64,000 bases of DNA from a bacterium (GTDB taxonomy: Bacteria > UBA8248). The position numbers and the translations under genes were made by a program. The notes below the pieces were generated by a model. It saw only the letters and a program-made list of their open reading frames with translations. It was not told the origin of the DNA and ran no database searches. The stretch spans positions 256,001 through 320,000 of the forward strand of contig CBDBZU010000004.1 of NCBI GenBank assembly GCA_965213625.1, given 5' to 3'. Shown here one piece after another: positions 1 to 10,020 of the stretch (within the stretch, counting starts at the first letter, position 1; every line of letters begins with the position of its first letter).

Positions 1-6
1 CCCCAC

Positions 7-1101
7 GTGCGCGAGCGCGAGCGAATCACCGACCCGTTAGAGAGATTCCCCTGGGACATTCTCGAGACCGGTAGCAGGCTTGGCCTGAGGACGCTCTCCA
101 TCCCCGAGGAGATAGGCGGCGGCGGGGCCGACATCCTCACGCTTTGCATCGTGGGAGAGGAGATCGGCTGGGGGGATCTGGGCGTGGCCGTCACCTTCGA
201 CCAGACCTGGAAAATTATCCATTTCCTCGACATCGTCTGGAACGAGGAGCAGCGCGCGAAATTCCTGCCCCGATTCCTGGAGGATCACCGCTTCCACCTC
301 GCCGTCGGGATGACAGAGCCGGAGGTGGGTTCGGAGAATTTTATCCCCGAAGAAGGCCCCGATCTCGGCGTCCGCACGAGTGCGGTGCGAGACGGGGAAG
401 ACTGGATCATCAACGGCAAGAAGCACTACATCAGCAACGGGGGGGTCGCCAAGCTCTACGTGCTCGTCTGCCGTACCGATCCCACCGTCGGCGTATCGCA
501 GGGCATCACATACTTCATGGTGACGCCGGACATGGAAGGCTTTTCCATCGGCAAGATCCACGAGAAGATGGGCCAGCAGCTCTCCCAGAACGCGGAACTC
601 ATTTTTGAGAACTGCCGCGTTTCGGACGACTACCGCGTCACACCGGTCGGCGGGGGCGTGGCGGCCCGTTCGGGTCCTTTCTCGCGCGGCTCGGTCATCG
701 AGTCCGCCGCCACGAACTTAGGCCCCGCCCGCGCCGCTTATGAGGACGCGCTCGAATTCGCCAAAACGAGAATCCAGGGCGGAAAACCCATCATCGAACA
801 CCAGGGCGTGGGCTTCATGCTGGCGGATTGCTTCGTCGAGTACGAGGCTTCGCGCCAGTTGCTCCACTACGCCGCCTGGCGGGCGATGCGCGATAACTAC
901 GACCCCAAGCTCGGCTATATGGCTAAGGCCTATACTTCTGAGGCCGGTTTCCGCATCGCCACGCGCGCGCTCGAGGTCTGGGGTGGAACGGGCTACATGA
1001 CGGACGCGCCGATGGAGAAATACCTGCGCGACGTCATCAGCTTCCTCCACTCGGCGGGCACCAACCAGGCGCAACGTATCCGAACCATGAAGTATTTTTA
1101 A
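7..1101 (+). CDS. Acyl-CoA dehydrogenase family protein (N-terminus probably lies outside the window)
   Basis: MTEPEVGS, WIINGKKHYISNG, RIQGGKPIIEHQGV, WGGTGY..EKYLRD motifs. Confidence 0.9.
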   Translation: MRERERITDPLERFPWDILETGSRLGLRTLSIPEEIGGGGADILTLCIVGEEIGWGDLGVAVTFDQTWKIIHFLDIVWNEEQRAKFLPRFLEDHRFHLAVGMTEPEVGSENFIPEEGPDLGVRTSAVRDGEDWIINGKKHYISNGGVAKLYVLVCRTDPTVGVSQGITYFMVTPDMEGFSIGKIHEKMGQQLSQNAELIFENCRVSDDYRVTPVGGGVAARSGPFSRGSVIESAATNLGPARAAYEDALEFAKTRIQGGKPIIEHQGVGFMLADCFVEYEASRQLLHYAAWRAMRDNYDPKLGYMAKAYTSEAGFRIATRALEVWGGTGYMTDAPMEKYLRDVISFLHSAGTNQAQRIRTMKYF

Positions 1102-1172
1102 TCACCGAACGCATATTCGCGTCGCCATTCTCATTCTCTTGAGGGCGCAAGCCCCGAAAGGCAAGGTGTAGC

Positions 1173-2210
1173 ATGAACAAGAAAATCGCCGTTCTCGGCG
1201 CAGGCGCCATCGGCGGCAGCGTGTCCGCCGATCTGACTGACGCAGGTCTCGACGTCACCGTCATCGACCAATGGCCCGAGCATGTGGAGGTGATGCGAAA
1301 AGACGGCTTACACGTCCAGATGCCCGACCTCGACCTCAAAACACCGCCCTTGCGCGCGCACCATCTGTGCGAACTGGCCTCGCTCAGGACGACCTTCGAC
1401 ATCGTCCTGCTCATCGTCAAATCCTACGACACCCGCTGGATGTGCGAACTCATCAAACCCTACCTGAAGAGCGACGGCATATTCGTCGGGGCGCAGAACA
1501 GCATGAACAACGATATGATCACCTCCATCATCGGGCGCGAGCGTGTGGTGGGCTGCTGCGTGGAGCTGTCGGCGGAGATATTCACGCCCGGCCTCATCCA
1601 GCGGAACACCCCGCGCAAGGGCACCTGGTTCGCCGTGGGGGAACTGGACGGCTCGGTCACCCCGCGCGCGGAAGAAGTACGCGACATCTTCGCGCATGTC
1701 GCCGTCACCGAGGTAAGCACGAACATCGAGGGCACCAAGTGGACGAAGCTCATCGCCAACTGCATGACCATGGGGCCCTTCGGCCTGCTGGGCCTCAAGA
1801 ACGCCGAGACCAAGGAGCTTCCGGGCGTCATCGACCTTTCGGTCGGACTCGGAAAAGAGGCGATGGCGGTAGGCGAAGCCCTGGGCTACGGGGTGGAGCC
1901 CGTGTTCGGCTTATCGTCGGATGATTTCGCGGGTTCTGACGATCAGGTGCTCGTCACGGCCATGAAGACGCTGCTCGGCCACGTGGGGCCGCGTTCGCGC
2001 ACCGCTCCGATTCAGGACCACATCAAGGGCCGAAAGAGCGAGATGGAATACATCAACGGCCTCGTCTCGCGCAGGGCGAGGGAACTCGGCATCCCCACCC
2101 CCTTCAACGACGCGGTGACCGAGATCGCGCGGATGATAGACGACGGCGAAATCGAGATGGGCCGCCCGAACTACGAGCTTCTCCAGGCGAAAATCGCCGA
2201 ACTGGTCTAG
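1173..2210 (+). CDS. Ketopantoate reductase (PanE/ApbA) family oxidoreductase
   Basis: N-terminal VLGAGAIG Rossmann motif, VKSYD, QNS, KWTKLIAN, QD..KGRKSEMEYING. Confidence 0.85.
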   Translation: MNKKIAVLGAGAIGGSVSADLTDAGLDVTVIDQWPEHVEVMRKDGLHVQMPDLDLKTPPLRAHHLCELASLRTTFDIVLLIVKSYDTRWMCELIKPYLKSDGIFVGAQNSMNNDMITSIIGRERVVGCCVELSAEIFTPGLIQRNTPRKGTWFAVGELDGSVTPRAEEVRDIFAHVAVTEVSTNIEGTKWTKLIANCMTMGPFGLLGLKNAETKELPGVIDLSVGLGKEAMAVGEALGYGVEPVFGLSSDDFAGSDDQVLVTAMKTLLGHVGPRSRTAPIQDHIKGRKSEMEYINGLVSRRARELGIPTPFNDAVTEIARMIDDGEIEMGRPNYELLQAKIAELV

Positions 2211-2247
2211 ACCGTACGTCTCTCGCCTGAAAAAAAGAGGATGCGCT

Positions 2248-2646
2248 ATGCCTTTTTACCGCTGGGACGACATGAAAAAGCGCAACATCGTCTCCACAAC
2301 GGATTCTCGGGGCAGTATGGTCCTTGGCGCGTTCACCACCCTGACGCGCCAGGAGCAACCGCCCGGAAAGGCGACCCGCCCGCACAGCCACGGCTGCGAA
2401 CAAATCATCCACATACTGGATGGCACAGGCTGGTTCCGCGTCGGTGACGAGGAGAAGTCCCTGGGCGCAGGCGAGGTGGTCCATATCCCCCTGGGAGTGG
2501 AGCATGAATTAAAGAATCCCGGCGATGACGTTCTCGTATATCTGTCTTTCAAGAACCGTTCCGAAGACTGGCCGCCGCGAGAAGCGCTCGCAGACGATGC
2601 GGCTGGAGAACAACCCGCAGCGCCGGGCCTTTTGAAAAAGACCTAA
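2248..2646 (+). CDS. Cupin domain protein
   Basis: PHSH..EQ and GEVVHIP.GVEH cupin motifs; AGAGG RBS upstream. Confidence 0.8.
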   Translation: MPFYRWDDMKKRNIVSTTDSRGSMVLGAFTTLTRQEQPPGKATRPHSHGCEQIIHILDGTGWFRVGDEEKSLGAGEVVHIPLGVEHELKNPGDDVLVYLSFKNRSEDWPPREALADDAAGEQPAAPGLLKKT

Positions 2647-2924
2647 TTTCGTGATTCGGAGTATGGAACCGAGCGATGAGAGAGGAGACAACACTCCTCC
2701 CTTGAGGATCTTGAAGTTCACTCCCCCCTTGAGGGGGAGTCGAAGAGGCCGAGCGGTTTATGCGAAGGCCGATTCGGTGGGGGGACATGCCACGGATAAA
2801 AGCTCCCCCCACCAACTCGCCTGCGGGCTTCGCCCTTGTCTTGTTGACTCCCCCTCAAGGGGGGAGTGGTTCTGTCCATTCTCGTGAATTGAAGACGCCC
2901 GGAAAGGGGTTTTTCAATAGCCCC
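2625..2924. mobile_element. Composite REP/MITE-like element
   Basis: Perfect 23-bp inverted pair CACTCCCCCCTTGAGGGGGAGTC (2719-2741 / 2846-2868), each arm itself a hairpin. Flanked by GGGCCTTTTGAAAAAGACC (2625-2643) and GGGGTTTTTCAATAGCCCC (2906-2924). Confidence 0.65.
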
Positions 2925-2965
2925 TTGCCGAGCCGAATGAAAACTTCCAGAAGGAGAAACCAGCC

Positions 2966-4120
2966 ATGATCGATCAGTTCCGCATGTCCGCCGTGCCGCG
3001 CGTGCGCTTCGGCAGGGGAGAAGCCGCCTCTATCGGCGCCGAAGCGAAAAGGCTGGGCATGACGCGCCCCATGCTGCTCGCTGACCCTGGACTTTCGGGC
3101 GCCGGCGTTCTCGACTCCGTGACGAAGGGACTGGATGAGGCGGGCGTCCAATACCGGCTGTATGAAGATGTGGAACCCAACCCCTCGGACCCGAGCATCA
3201 CGCGCGCCCAGGCGTTTTATGAGGCGAACGATTGCGGCGGGATAATCACCGCGGGCGGGGGAAGCGCCATAGACACCGCCAAGGCGATGGGGGCGCTCAT
3301 CGCAAACGGCGGAAAGATAAGCGACTATTACGGCGCGGACAAAGTGGAGAAATCCATTCCGCCTTTCATCACGGCCCCGACCACGGCGGGCACGGGCAGC
3401 GAGGTGACGCGCGCCTCCATCATCACCGACATCGAGCTTGGAACCAAATCGAGCATTCACTCGGACGCGCTTTATGCCAATGTGGCGGTGGTGGATTCCT
3501 CCCTGCTCGCCACGCTTCCAAAATTCTTCGCCGCGGGCGCGCTGATGGACGCCCTGACCCACGCGGTGGAATCGCTCGGCTCACCGCGCGCGACCCCCTG
3601 GACGCAGGCGCTCTGTTTCCAGGCAATCGGCCTGATCGGCCAGAACGCGCGGCGCTTCGTCGCCGACCCCGCAGATCCGGACGCCGCCGACCCCGTGGCG
3701 CTGGGAGCTTGCCTCGCGGGCGCTTCGTTCACCAATACTGGGCTGGGCATCGTGCACGGGCTCACGCACCCGGTCTTCAACTTCTTCGGCGGCCACCACG
3801 GCACCACGAACGGAATACTCTTGGCCCCCGTGATGCGCTTCAACCTGCCCGCCATGCGCGACACCTACGCCCGGCTGGCCCCGCTCCTGGCGAACCCCGA
3901 AGAGGGAGCGGACGATACGCAGGACGCGGAACTAGCGGTCGACCGCGTACGCGCCCTGGCGGATGATATCGACATCCCCGAATCGCTCGCCGCCATCGGC
4001 GCGAAAGAGGAATACCTCGACCGCATGGCGCACGAAGCGGCCGCCAGCACCACGGTCTTAACGAACCCCGTGCCCGCCGACGCGGAAGACATGAAGCGGA
4101 TTTATCTGGAGTTGATGTAG
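2966..4120 (+). CDS. Iron-containing alcohol dehydrogenase
   Basis: VEPNP, GGGSAIDTAK, PTTAGTGSEVT, DALTHAVE, HGLTH...HHG metal ligands; AAGGAG RBS. Confidence 0.92.
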   Translation: MIDQFRMSAVPRVRFGRGEAASIGAEAKRLGMTRPMLLADPGLSGAGVLDSVTKGLDEAGVQYRLYEDVEPNPSDPSITRAQAFYEANDCGGIITAGGGSAIDTAKAMGALIANGGKISDYYGADKVEKSIPPFITAPTTAGTGSEVTRASIITDIELGTKSSIHSDALYANVAVVDSSLLATLPKFFAAGALMDALTHAVESLGSPRATPWTQALCFQAIGLIGQNARRFVADPADPDAADPVALGACLAGASFTNTGLGIVHGLTHPVFNFFGGHHGTTNGILLAPVMRFNLPAMRDTYARLAPLLANPEEGADDTQDAELAVDRVRALADDIDIPESLAAIGAKEEYLDRMAHEAAASTTVLTNPVPADAEDMKRIYLELM

Positions 4121-4133
4121 GCTTCCCGGCGGA

Positions 4134-4754
4134 TCAGGGAACCCAGCGGCGCGCTTCTTCCCGTATCGCCCGCGACTTTTCGGTTCCTTCCATCACCAGG
4201 TTCGCAGACGGCGGGCTGCCGCTGAATTTCTCGTTCCGCCAGCAGTGGTAGCGAAGCGCTTTAGGATACGGCGTCAGGTCCATCGCCTCGAAGTAGGACG
4301 CGGGCACCTCGCCCGGCTTGTGGGGGTCCATGCGGTCTTTCTCGTATATCATCGTGCGCTTGATGACGCGCCACCGCCCGTCCCTGCGCTCGAACAGATC
4401 CACCACGCTGCTCCAGGTCGAGAAATCGAAATCATAGCCGTCCATCGTCCGCCTCTGATGCAGCGTGAGGTAATACTCGCAAACACCGCGCTCACCACTC
4501 ACGCGGACGCGCGTGTTCCCAGCAATGTGTTTCTGGGTGTCATCGGTGTGATGGCCTTCCATCATATCGCGCGATTCGGTGATGAACGCATGCGCGTTGC
4601 CCATGAACCACGAGGTAGTGATGTCCGCATCCGGATGAAAGCAATCCAGCAAACCATCCCAGTCGCCAACGTCCCGGCATACGTGCGAGAACATGCACAC
4701 CTCCATCATCTCGATTTTGTCCGCCGCCTCGTGCAGCCTCGCCTCATCGCTCAT
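4134..4754 (-). CDS. SnoaL/NTF2-like family protein
   Basis: RD.GDWDGLLDCFHPDA, H..GN..V.V.G, D.FERRDGRWRV pattern. Confidence 0.75.
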   Translation of the reverse strand: MSDEARLHEAADKIEMMEVCMFSHVCRDVGDWDGLLDCFHPDADITTSWFMGNAHAFITESRDMMEGHHTDDTQKHIAGNTRVRVSGERGVCEYYLTLHQRRTMDGYDFDFSTWSSVVDLFERRDGRWRVIKRTMIYEKDRMDPHKPGEVPASYFEAMDLTPYPKALRYHCWRNEKFSGSPPSANLVMEGTEKSRAIREEARRWVP

Positions 4755-4798
4755 CTTTCGTCTCCTTTTGCGGGCATAGCCCGCTATCCATCACTTCA

Positions 4799-6586
4799 TT
4801 AAAGAATGGTCCGCTCGCCGATAGCTGGCTCTCCATACCCCAGGCCGGGCAACTCCCAGGCGCCTGCGCCGCTTGGATTTTGTTCTCCCTGAATGTTCGC
4901 GTCGATCACGTAGGGACGACCGGCCTTCACCGCCTCATCAACCGCCGCACTCAAATCCGCCGCCTTGTCCACCCGCACGCCCGTGATGCCTGCGGATTCC
5001 GCCATTGCAGCGAAATCGGGGTTATAGGGTTTCTCGGAGGCGTGCTCCTGAAAGTCGGTGGCCAGTTCCCGGCCATCCAGATAGCCGCGCTGAAGCCCCC
5101 GGATGGAGGCGAAGGCATAGTTGTTCCAGACGACCCAGACGGCTGGGATGTCGTACTCCACCGCCGTCATTATGGCGCTTACGTGCATGGCGAAAGCGCC
5201 GTCCCCGCACACGGCGACGCAAGGCCTCTCCGGCGCGGCCAGCTTGGCGCCCAGCACACCCGCCACACCGAAGCCCATCGCGCCGAAGCCCATCGAGCCG
5301 ATGAGTGATTGCGGCCCCTTGGGGCGGCAGCACTGGATAAGCCAGTTGTGGTGGACGCCTACGTCGCTGATGAGGATGGCGTCATCGGGCAGGGCCTTGT
5401 CGATTTCATGTGCCGCCCGCTGGGGGTGCATGGGTTCGGTGTCCTCGCGGTAGCCGGGAGCCGTGAACTCCTCCCACTCGTTTCGCAAGCCGTCAATCTT
5501 CCGGAGCCACGCCTCCCGCGCTTCAGGGATTTTCACGCTCTCCCCGGCCCCAAGCGCTTCACCCACCTGATCGAGAAAAACGTCCACGTCCGCCATCAGG
5601 CCTAAGGCCACGGGGTAGTTGCGCGCGATCTCCTCGGGGTCGATATCCACGTGAATCAGCTTCGTCGGCGGAATGTTGAACGAATAGCCCGGCAGCCAGC
5701 TGCTCGAGGTGCGATCGTCGAAACGAACACCGAGTGCTAGCAGAACGTCGGCCTGGCGCGCGGCGTGGTTCGCCGGGTAGGTTCCGTTTCTGGCGATGAG
5801 GCCCAGAGCCAGGGGGTGCTTCGCATCGATGGCGCCCATCCCGCTCGATGAGCACGCCACGGGGATATTCAGCCTCTCGGCGAGCGCGACCATCTTCGCC
5901 GCGGCGCCCGCGTATTTCACGCCCTGGCCCACGAGAATCACGGGCCGCTCGGCGGTGGAAAGCATTTCGACGGCCTTTTTCACGCCATCTGGGTCCGCTC
6001 CGCACCGGCAGGAGATGTTCGCGTTCCACTCGGAGGCTTGGGGCATATCGACCTCGGTTTCTTCTTTGAAGATGTCGAAAGGCACGTCGAGCACGACGGG
6101 GCCGCGCCTTCCCGTCATCATCGTCTTCCACGCCTGGCGGGTGAACTGCGGCACCATCTCCGCCCGCGTAGGCTGGTACACGCGCTTGCAGTAAGCCTGC
6201 ACGGTCGAGGGGAAATCCGCCTGGTAGTGGCGGTAGGTCTCCTGGAACGCGCCCCGGTTGAACTGGTTGGTGGGGATGTTGCCCGTCACGGCCAGAAAGG
6301 GAACGGAGTCGAAAAAGGCGTTGGCCAAAGAAATCGGCATGTTGGCCGAACCCGGCCCGCAGGAGGTGAACGTCGCCACCGGCTTGCCCGCCACCCGGTA
6401 ATACACGTCCGCCATGAAGCCTGAGAGCGACTCGTGGCGCACCGAGAGCGTCTTTATCTCATCGGCGCGCTCATGGAGCGCATCCAGAAAGCTGATGTTC
6501 CCGTGGCCGCAAAGGCCGAAGACGTAGGGGACATCCTCCTGAACGAGATAATCGACGATGATCTGGCCACCATTCATGCGGGTCAA
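4799..6586 (-). CDS. Thiamine pyrophosphate-dependent enzyme (acetolactate synthase-like superfamily)
   Basis: VRHE, SCGPGSAN, GVRFDDR, CGDGAF...WNN TPP-binding motif; AAGGAG RBS before the TTG. Confidence 0.9.
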   Translation of the reverse strand: MTRMNGGQIIVDYLVQEDVPYVFGLCGHGNISFLDALHERADEIKTLSVRHESLSGFMADVYYRVAGKPVATFTSCGPGSANMPISLANAFFDSVPFLAVTGNIPTNQFNRGAFQETYRHYQADFPSTVQAYCKRVYQPTRAEMVPQFTRQAWKTMMTGRRGPVVLDVPFDIFKEETEVDMPQASEWNANISCRCGADPDGVKKAVEMLSTAERPVILVGQGVKYAGAAAKMVALAERLNIPVACSSSGMGAIDAKHPLALGLIARNGTYPANHAARQADVLLALGVRFDDRTSSSWLPGYSFNIPPTKLIHVDIDPEEIARNYPVALGLMADVDVFLDQVGEALGAGESVKIPEAREAWLRKIDGLRNEWEEFTAPGYREDTEPMHPQRAAHEIDKALPDDAILISDVGVHHNWLIQCCRPKGPQSLIGSMGFGAMGFGVAGVLGAKLAAPERPCVAVCGDGAFAMHVSAIMTAVEYDIPAVWVVWNNYAFASIRGLQRGYLDGRELATDFQEHASEKPYNPDFAAMAESAGITGVRVDKAADLSAAVDEAVKAGRPYVIDANIQGEQNPSGAGAWELPGLGYGEPAIGERTIL

Positions 6587-6805
6587 AATAAATCTCCTTG
6601 TAAGATAAGATAGGGAGTTATACGATGAGACTTTAGAAACTCATACAAACCCTGTCAATTTGAGGATGCGCACAAGGGCGCATGGCTTCTTTTTCGCTTG
6701 ATGAACATCCTTCGAAATTTGCCGGTTTCACTGCCTGCTTTCGAGATAGTGACAGCTCGACCGATAGAAGTATTCATTCCAGTCATTTTTAAGGAGAGCG
6801 GAACC

Positions 6806-7795
6806 ATGACCAAGACCAGATGGACAGCACTACTGAGCGCGGCTGCGTTCATGATCCTCACGCATTTCGGCGCAGCGCTGCCGGACGCCTCGGCTCAGCA
6901 ACGCATCACGATGAAGGGCGGCCAGATTCGCGGCGCCTACAACAGATGGACCAGCGCTTACGCCGTATACCTGACGAAGGAACTCAAGGGAGTTCAGGTT
7001 TCCTCCGAGTCCTCCACAGGCTCGGTTGAAAATGTTCGGGCGATCCATTCAGGCTCCGTGGAAGTGGCTTTGACGTTCTCGAGCGATTCCTTCCTGGGCT
7101 ACCGGGGCCAGGGACATTTCAAGAAACCCCAGAAGAACATGCGAACAATGACATACCTTTTCGGCTCGGTGGGCCATTTGCTGGTGCCCGCGAACAGCGA
7201 CATTAAGAAAATCGAAGATTTGAAGGGAAAGACCATCTCGATGGGCGGTCCGGGTTCGGGCTCGGCAAAAAACCTGACGGCGCTTCTCAAGCACTTGGGC
7301 ATCTGGGGCACGTTCAAGCCGGTTTACCTGGGCCGCAAAAGCCCCGAAGCCATGCGCAACGGCAAAATTGCCGGTTACAACTGGCACCCGGGTCTCGGCA
7401 ACGCGATGATCCGCGATACGGCCACCATGATGAAGATTCGCTTCATCAACATGGACGCTCCGGCCGGCAAGTCCGGGTTCTACAAGAAATTCCCCTTCTT
7501 CGGGCCCACCATGATTCCCGCGGGCGTCTACCCGAACGTGAACGTGGACACACCGACATTCGGTACAGGGACCGTCATGATCGCGGGAAGCAAGGTTTCC
7601 GCCGATCTGGTTTATAACATCATGAAAGCCATGTACTCCGAAAAGGGGCGCAAATACATCGTCTCCGCCGCCGGCAAGGTGGCGAAAGAACTATCGATCA
7701 AAAACGGCCTCAAGCTCATCAACGCGCCGCTTCATAAAGGGGCTGTCCGGTTCTGGAAAGAAGCCGGAAAAAAGATTCCGAAAGAACTCATGTAG
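6806..7795 (+). CDS. TAXI-family TRAP transporter solute-binding protein
   Basis: Signal peptide, STGSVEN, GPGSGS, IPAGVYP, PLHKGAVRFWKE. Start moved to ATG 6806 behind AAGGAG. Confidence 0.88.
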   Translation: MTKTRWTALLSAAAFMILTHFGAALPDASAQQRITMKGGQIRGAYNRWTSAYAVYLTKELKGVQVSSESSTGSVENVRAIHSGSVEVALTFSSDSFLGYRGQGHFKKPQKNMRTMTYLFGSVGHLLVPANSDIKKIEDLKGKTISMGGPGSGSAKNLTALLKHLGIWGTFKPVYLGRKSPEAMRNGKIAGYNWHPGLGNAMIRDTATMMKIRFINMDAPAGKSGFYKKFPFFGPTMIPAGVYPNVNVDTPTFGTGTVMIAGSKVSADLVYNIMKAMYSEKGRKYIVSAAGKVAKELSIKNGLKLINAPLHKGAVRFWKEAGKKIPKELM

Positions 7796-7823
7796 CCTCT
7801 TCATCACAGTGAAATACACAAAC

Positions 7824-7857
7824 CTCTCCGCGCGGGTTTACCCGCCCGCGCGGGGAG
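7824..7857 (+). terminator. Intercistronic GC stem-loop (attenuator or mRNA stabiliser) after the binding-protein gene
   Basis: CTCTCCGCGCGGG ... CCCGCGCGGGGAG followed by ATTTT. Confidence 0.55.
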
Positions 7858-7872
7858 ATTTCAGGGGCCTCC

Positions 7873-10020
7873 ATGACCGAAAGCGATGAAATCCAGATCG
7901 CTCATGACGCGAGCGGTAGCCGCGCTTCGGACCTAAGCGGAGCCTGGAAGTATTTCCACCAGGCCGTCTGCATCGCTTTCGCCCTCTTCGCCCTTTGGGC
8001 GGCGGGACCGGGCATCCCCGAGGACAATCTCCACCTGGGTATTTTTACTCTCGTCATGTGGGTCATGAGCTTCCTCGTCTACCCCGGGCGCAAGGATGCA
8101 ACCTGGAAAACGCCGGAAATCCTGGATTGGGGCATAGCCTTCACCCTCGTGGCCCTGCTCGCTGTTGCTATCTATCAGGCGGAAGACGTTTTAGAGCAAG
8201 GCGCGCTGGCGACGGATTGGGCGGTATGGACTGGTTGCATCCTCCTGGGCGCGACCATGTTCGCACGCCCGCGCGCCCTGGGCCTTACCCTGATAGGCCT
8301 GACCTGCCTTTGTCTGAGCTATTTCGTTTTCAACTACCTGGAACTCCAGGACAGGCCGGGCGCCTGGAATCAGACGGACTTCTGGATGGCCTTCGTCGCC
8401 ATCGTACTCGCCCTGGAGGCGGCGAGACGCGGGCTGGGGCTATGGATACCGGCCCTCGCTATCGTCGCGCTATTGTTCGCCCATTTCGGCGCTTATGCTC
8501 CCGGTCCACTCGCTCACCGGGGTTCCACAATTCACCAGATCGTGAACTACACCTTTTATTCTCAAGAAGGCATCTTCGGCGTCATGACTTCCGTCATGGC
8601 CAGCTACGTCCTGATTTTCATCTATCTGGGCGCATTCATGAATCAATCGGGGATGGGCAGGTTCTTCATCGAAATGCCCATGGCGCTCGCCGGCCGAACG
8701 GTGGGCGGACCCGCCAAGGTGGCGGTCATCGCCTCCGCCATATTCGGCTCGATTTCGGGCAGCAGCATCGCAAACGTCGTATCGACGGGCACCTTCACCA
8801 TCCCGCTCATGAAAAAAGTGGGCTTCAGGCCCCATGTGGCGGGCGCGGTGGAAAACAGCGCTTCTCTGGGCGGCCAGCTTCTGCCCCCCGTCATGGGCTC
8901 GGGCGCATTCGTCATGGCGGAGATAACGGGCGTGCCCTACGTGCGCATCATGGCCATCGCAGCCGTACCCGCGCTGCTGTATCTGCTCTCGATTATCGCC
9001 ATCGTTCACTTCGAAGCGAAGCGACACGGCATTCAGGGAATCGCCGAGGATGAACTCCCCAGTCCCAGGCTTGTTTTCGCATCCGGCTGGTTCCATCTTC
9101 TACCGCTAGCGATTCTCCTGTCTTTCCTCATCGCCGGTTACTCGCCGGATTGGTGCGCAGTCATGGCCATCTTCTCCATATTGGCGATCAACTGGATTCG
9201 CATGGTGCTGGCGCGGCTCTTTCCTGATCAATTCCAAACCCCGCAAGAGCGGTTGAATATGCGAGGCATCTTCGGCGCCATGGTGGAGGGTACGCAAAAT
9301 TCTCTCGTCGTCGGCTCGGCCGCTGCCGCGGTGGGGATCATCGTCGGGATGGTGGCCTTGACGGGACTCGGCCTCAAGATGAGCTACCTGCTCGTAGCGC
9401 TCTCGGGAGGAAGCCTCCTGTTCGCCCTGTTTCTGGTGGCGGTGGCGTCTCTCGTTCTGGGTATGGCCTTGCCCATTACCGCCTCATACCTCGTTCTGGC
9501 GGTACTCGCAGGTCCCGCCCTCGAGAACCTGGGTGTGCCCCTCATCGCCGCACACATGATCGTCTTCTGGCTGAGTCAGGATTCGAACATCACGCCGCCG
9601 GTATGCCTGGGGGCCTACGTCGCCGCTTCCATCGCTAGAGCGGACCCCTGGCAGACGGGATGGGCGAGTTTCCGGTTCGCCAAAATGCTTTATGTCATGC
9701 CGCTCCTCTTCGCCTATACGCCCATTCTGCTGACGGGTTCGGTGAAACTCACAATCTGGACGATGGGCGCGGCGTTGTTCGGCACCATTGCGTTTTCCGC
9801 CTGGACGATGGGCTACCTCAAGAGCAAGACTTCCCCTCTCGAATGGCTGCTGCTTGGCGTCGCCACCGTGTTCTGTTTTCTACCGGCGAAATTCCAACTT
9901 CCAGGCGGCATCTCCGCATACTTCGCCAACACGGCGGGAGCGGCTCTGCTGCTTCTGATCTATGCCTGGCAAAAAAGGAGTGTCGGACGAGAGCAGGAAC
10001 GCTCCGAACTACCAGCCTGA
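7873..10020 (+). CDS. TRAP transporter 4TM/12TM fused permease
   Basis: GGPAKVAV, SGSSIANV.STG.FTIP.MK, GGQLLPPVMG, S.ITPPVCL motifs. Confidence 0.92.
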   Translation: MTESDEIQIAHDASGSRASDLSGAWKYFHQAVCIAFALFALWAAGPGIPEDNLHLGIFTLVMWVMSFLVYPGRKDATWKTPEILDWGIAFTLVALLAVAIYQAEDVLEQGALATDWAVWTGCILLGATMFARPRALGLTLIGLTCLCLSYFVFNYLELQDRPGAWNQTDFWMAFVAIVLALEAARRGLGLWIPALAIVALLFAHFGAYAPGPLAHRGSTIHQIVNYTFYSQEGIFGVMTSVMASYVLIFIYLGAFMNQSGMGRFFIEMPMALAGRTVGGPAKVAVIASAIFGSISGSSIANVVSTGTFTIPLMKKVGFRPHVAGAVENSASLGGQLLPPVMGSGAFVMAEITGVPYVRIMAIAAVPALLYLLSIIAIVHFEAKRHGIQGIAEDELPSPRLVFASGWFHLLPLAILLSFLIAGYSPDWCAVMAIFSILAINWIRMVLARLFPDQFQTPQERLNMRGIFGAMVEGTQNSLVVGSAAAAVGIIVGMVALTGLGLKMSYLLVALSGGSLLFALFLVAVASLVLGMALPITASYLVLAVLAGPALENLGVPLIAAHMIVFWLSQDSNITPPVCLGAYVAASIARADPWQTGWASFRFAKMLYVMPLLFAYTPILLTGSVKLTIWTMGAALFGTIAFSAWTMGYLKSKTSPLEWLLLGVATVFCFLPAKFQLPGGISAYFANTAGAALLLLIYAWQKRSVGREQERSELPA

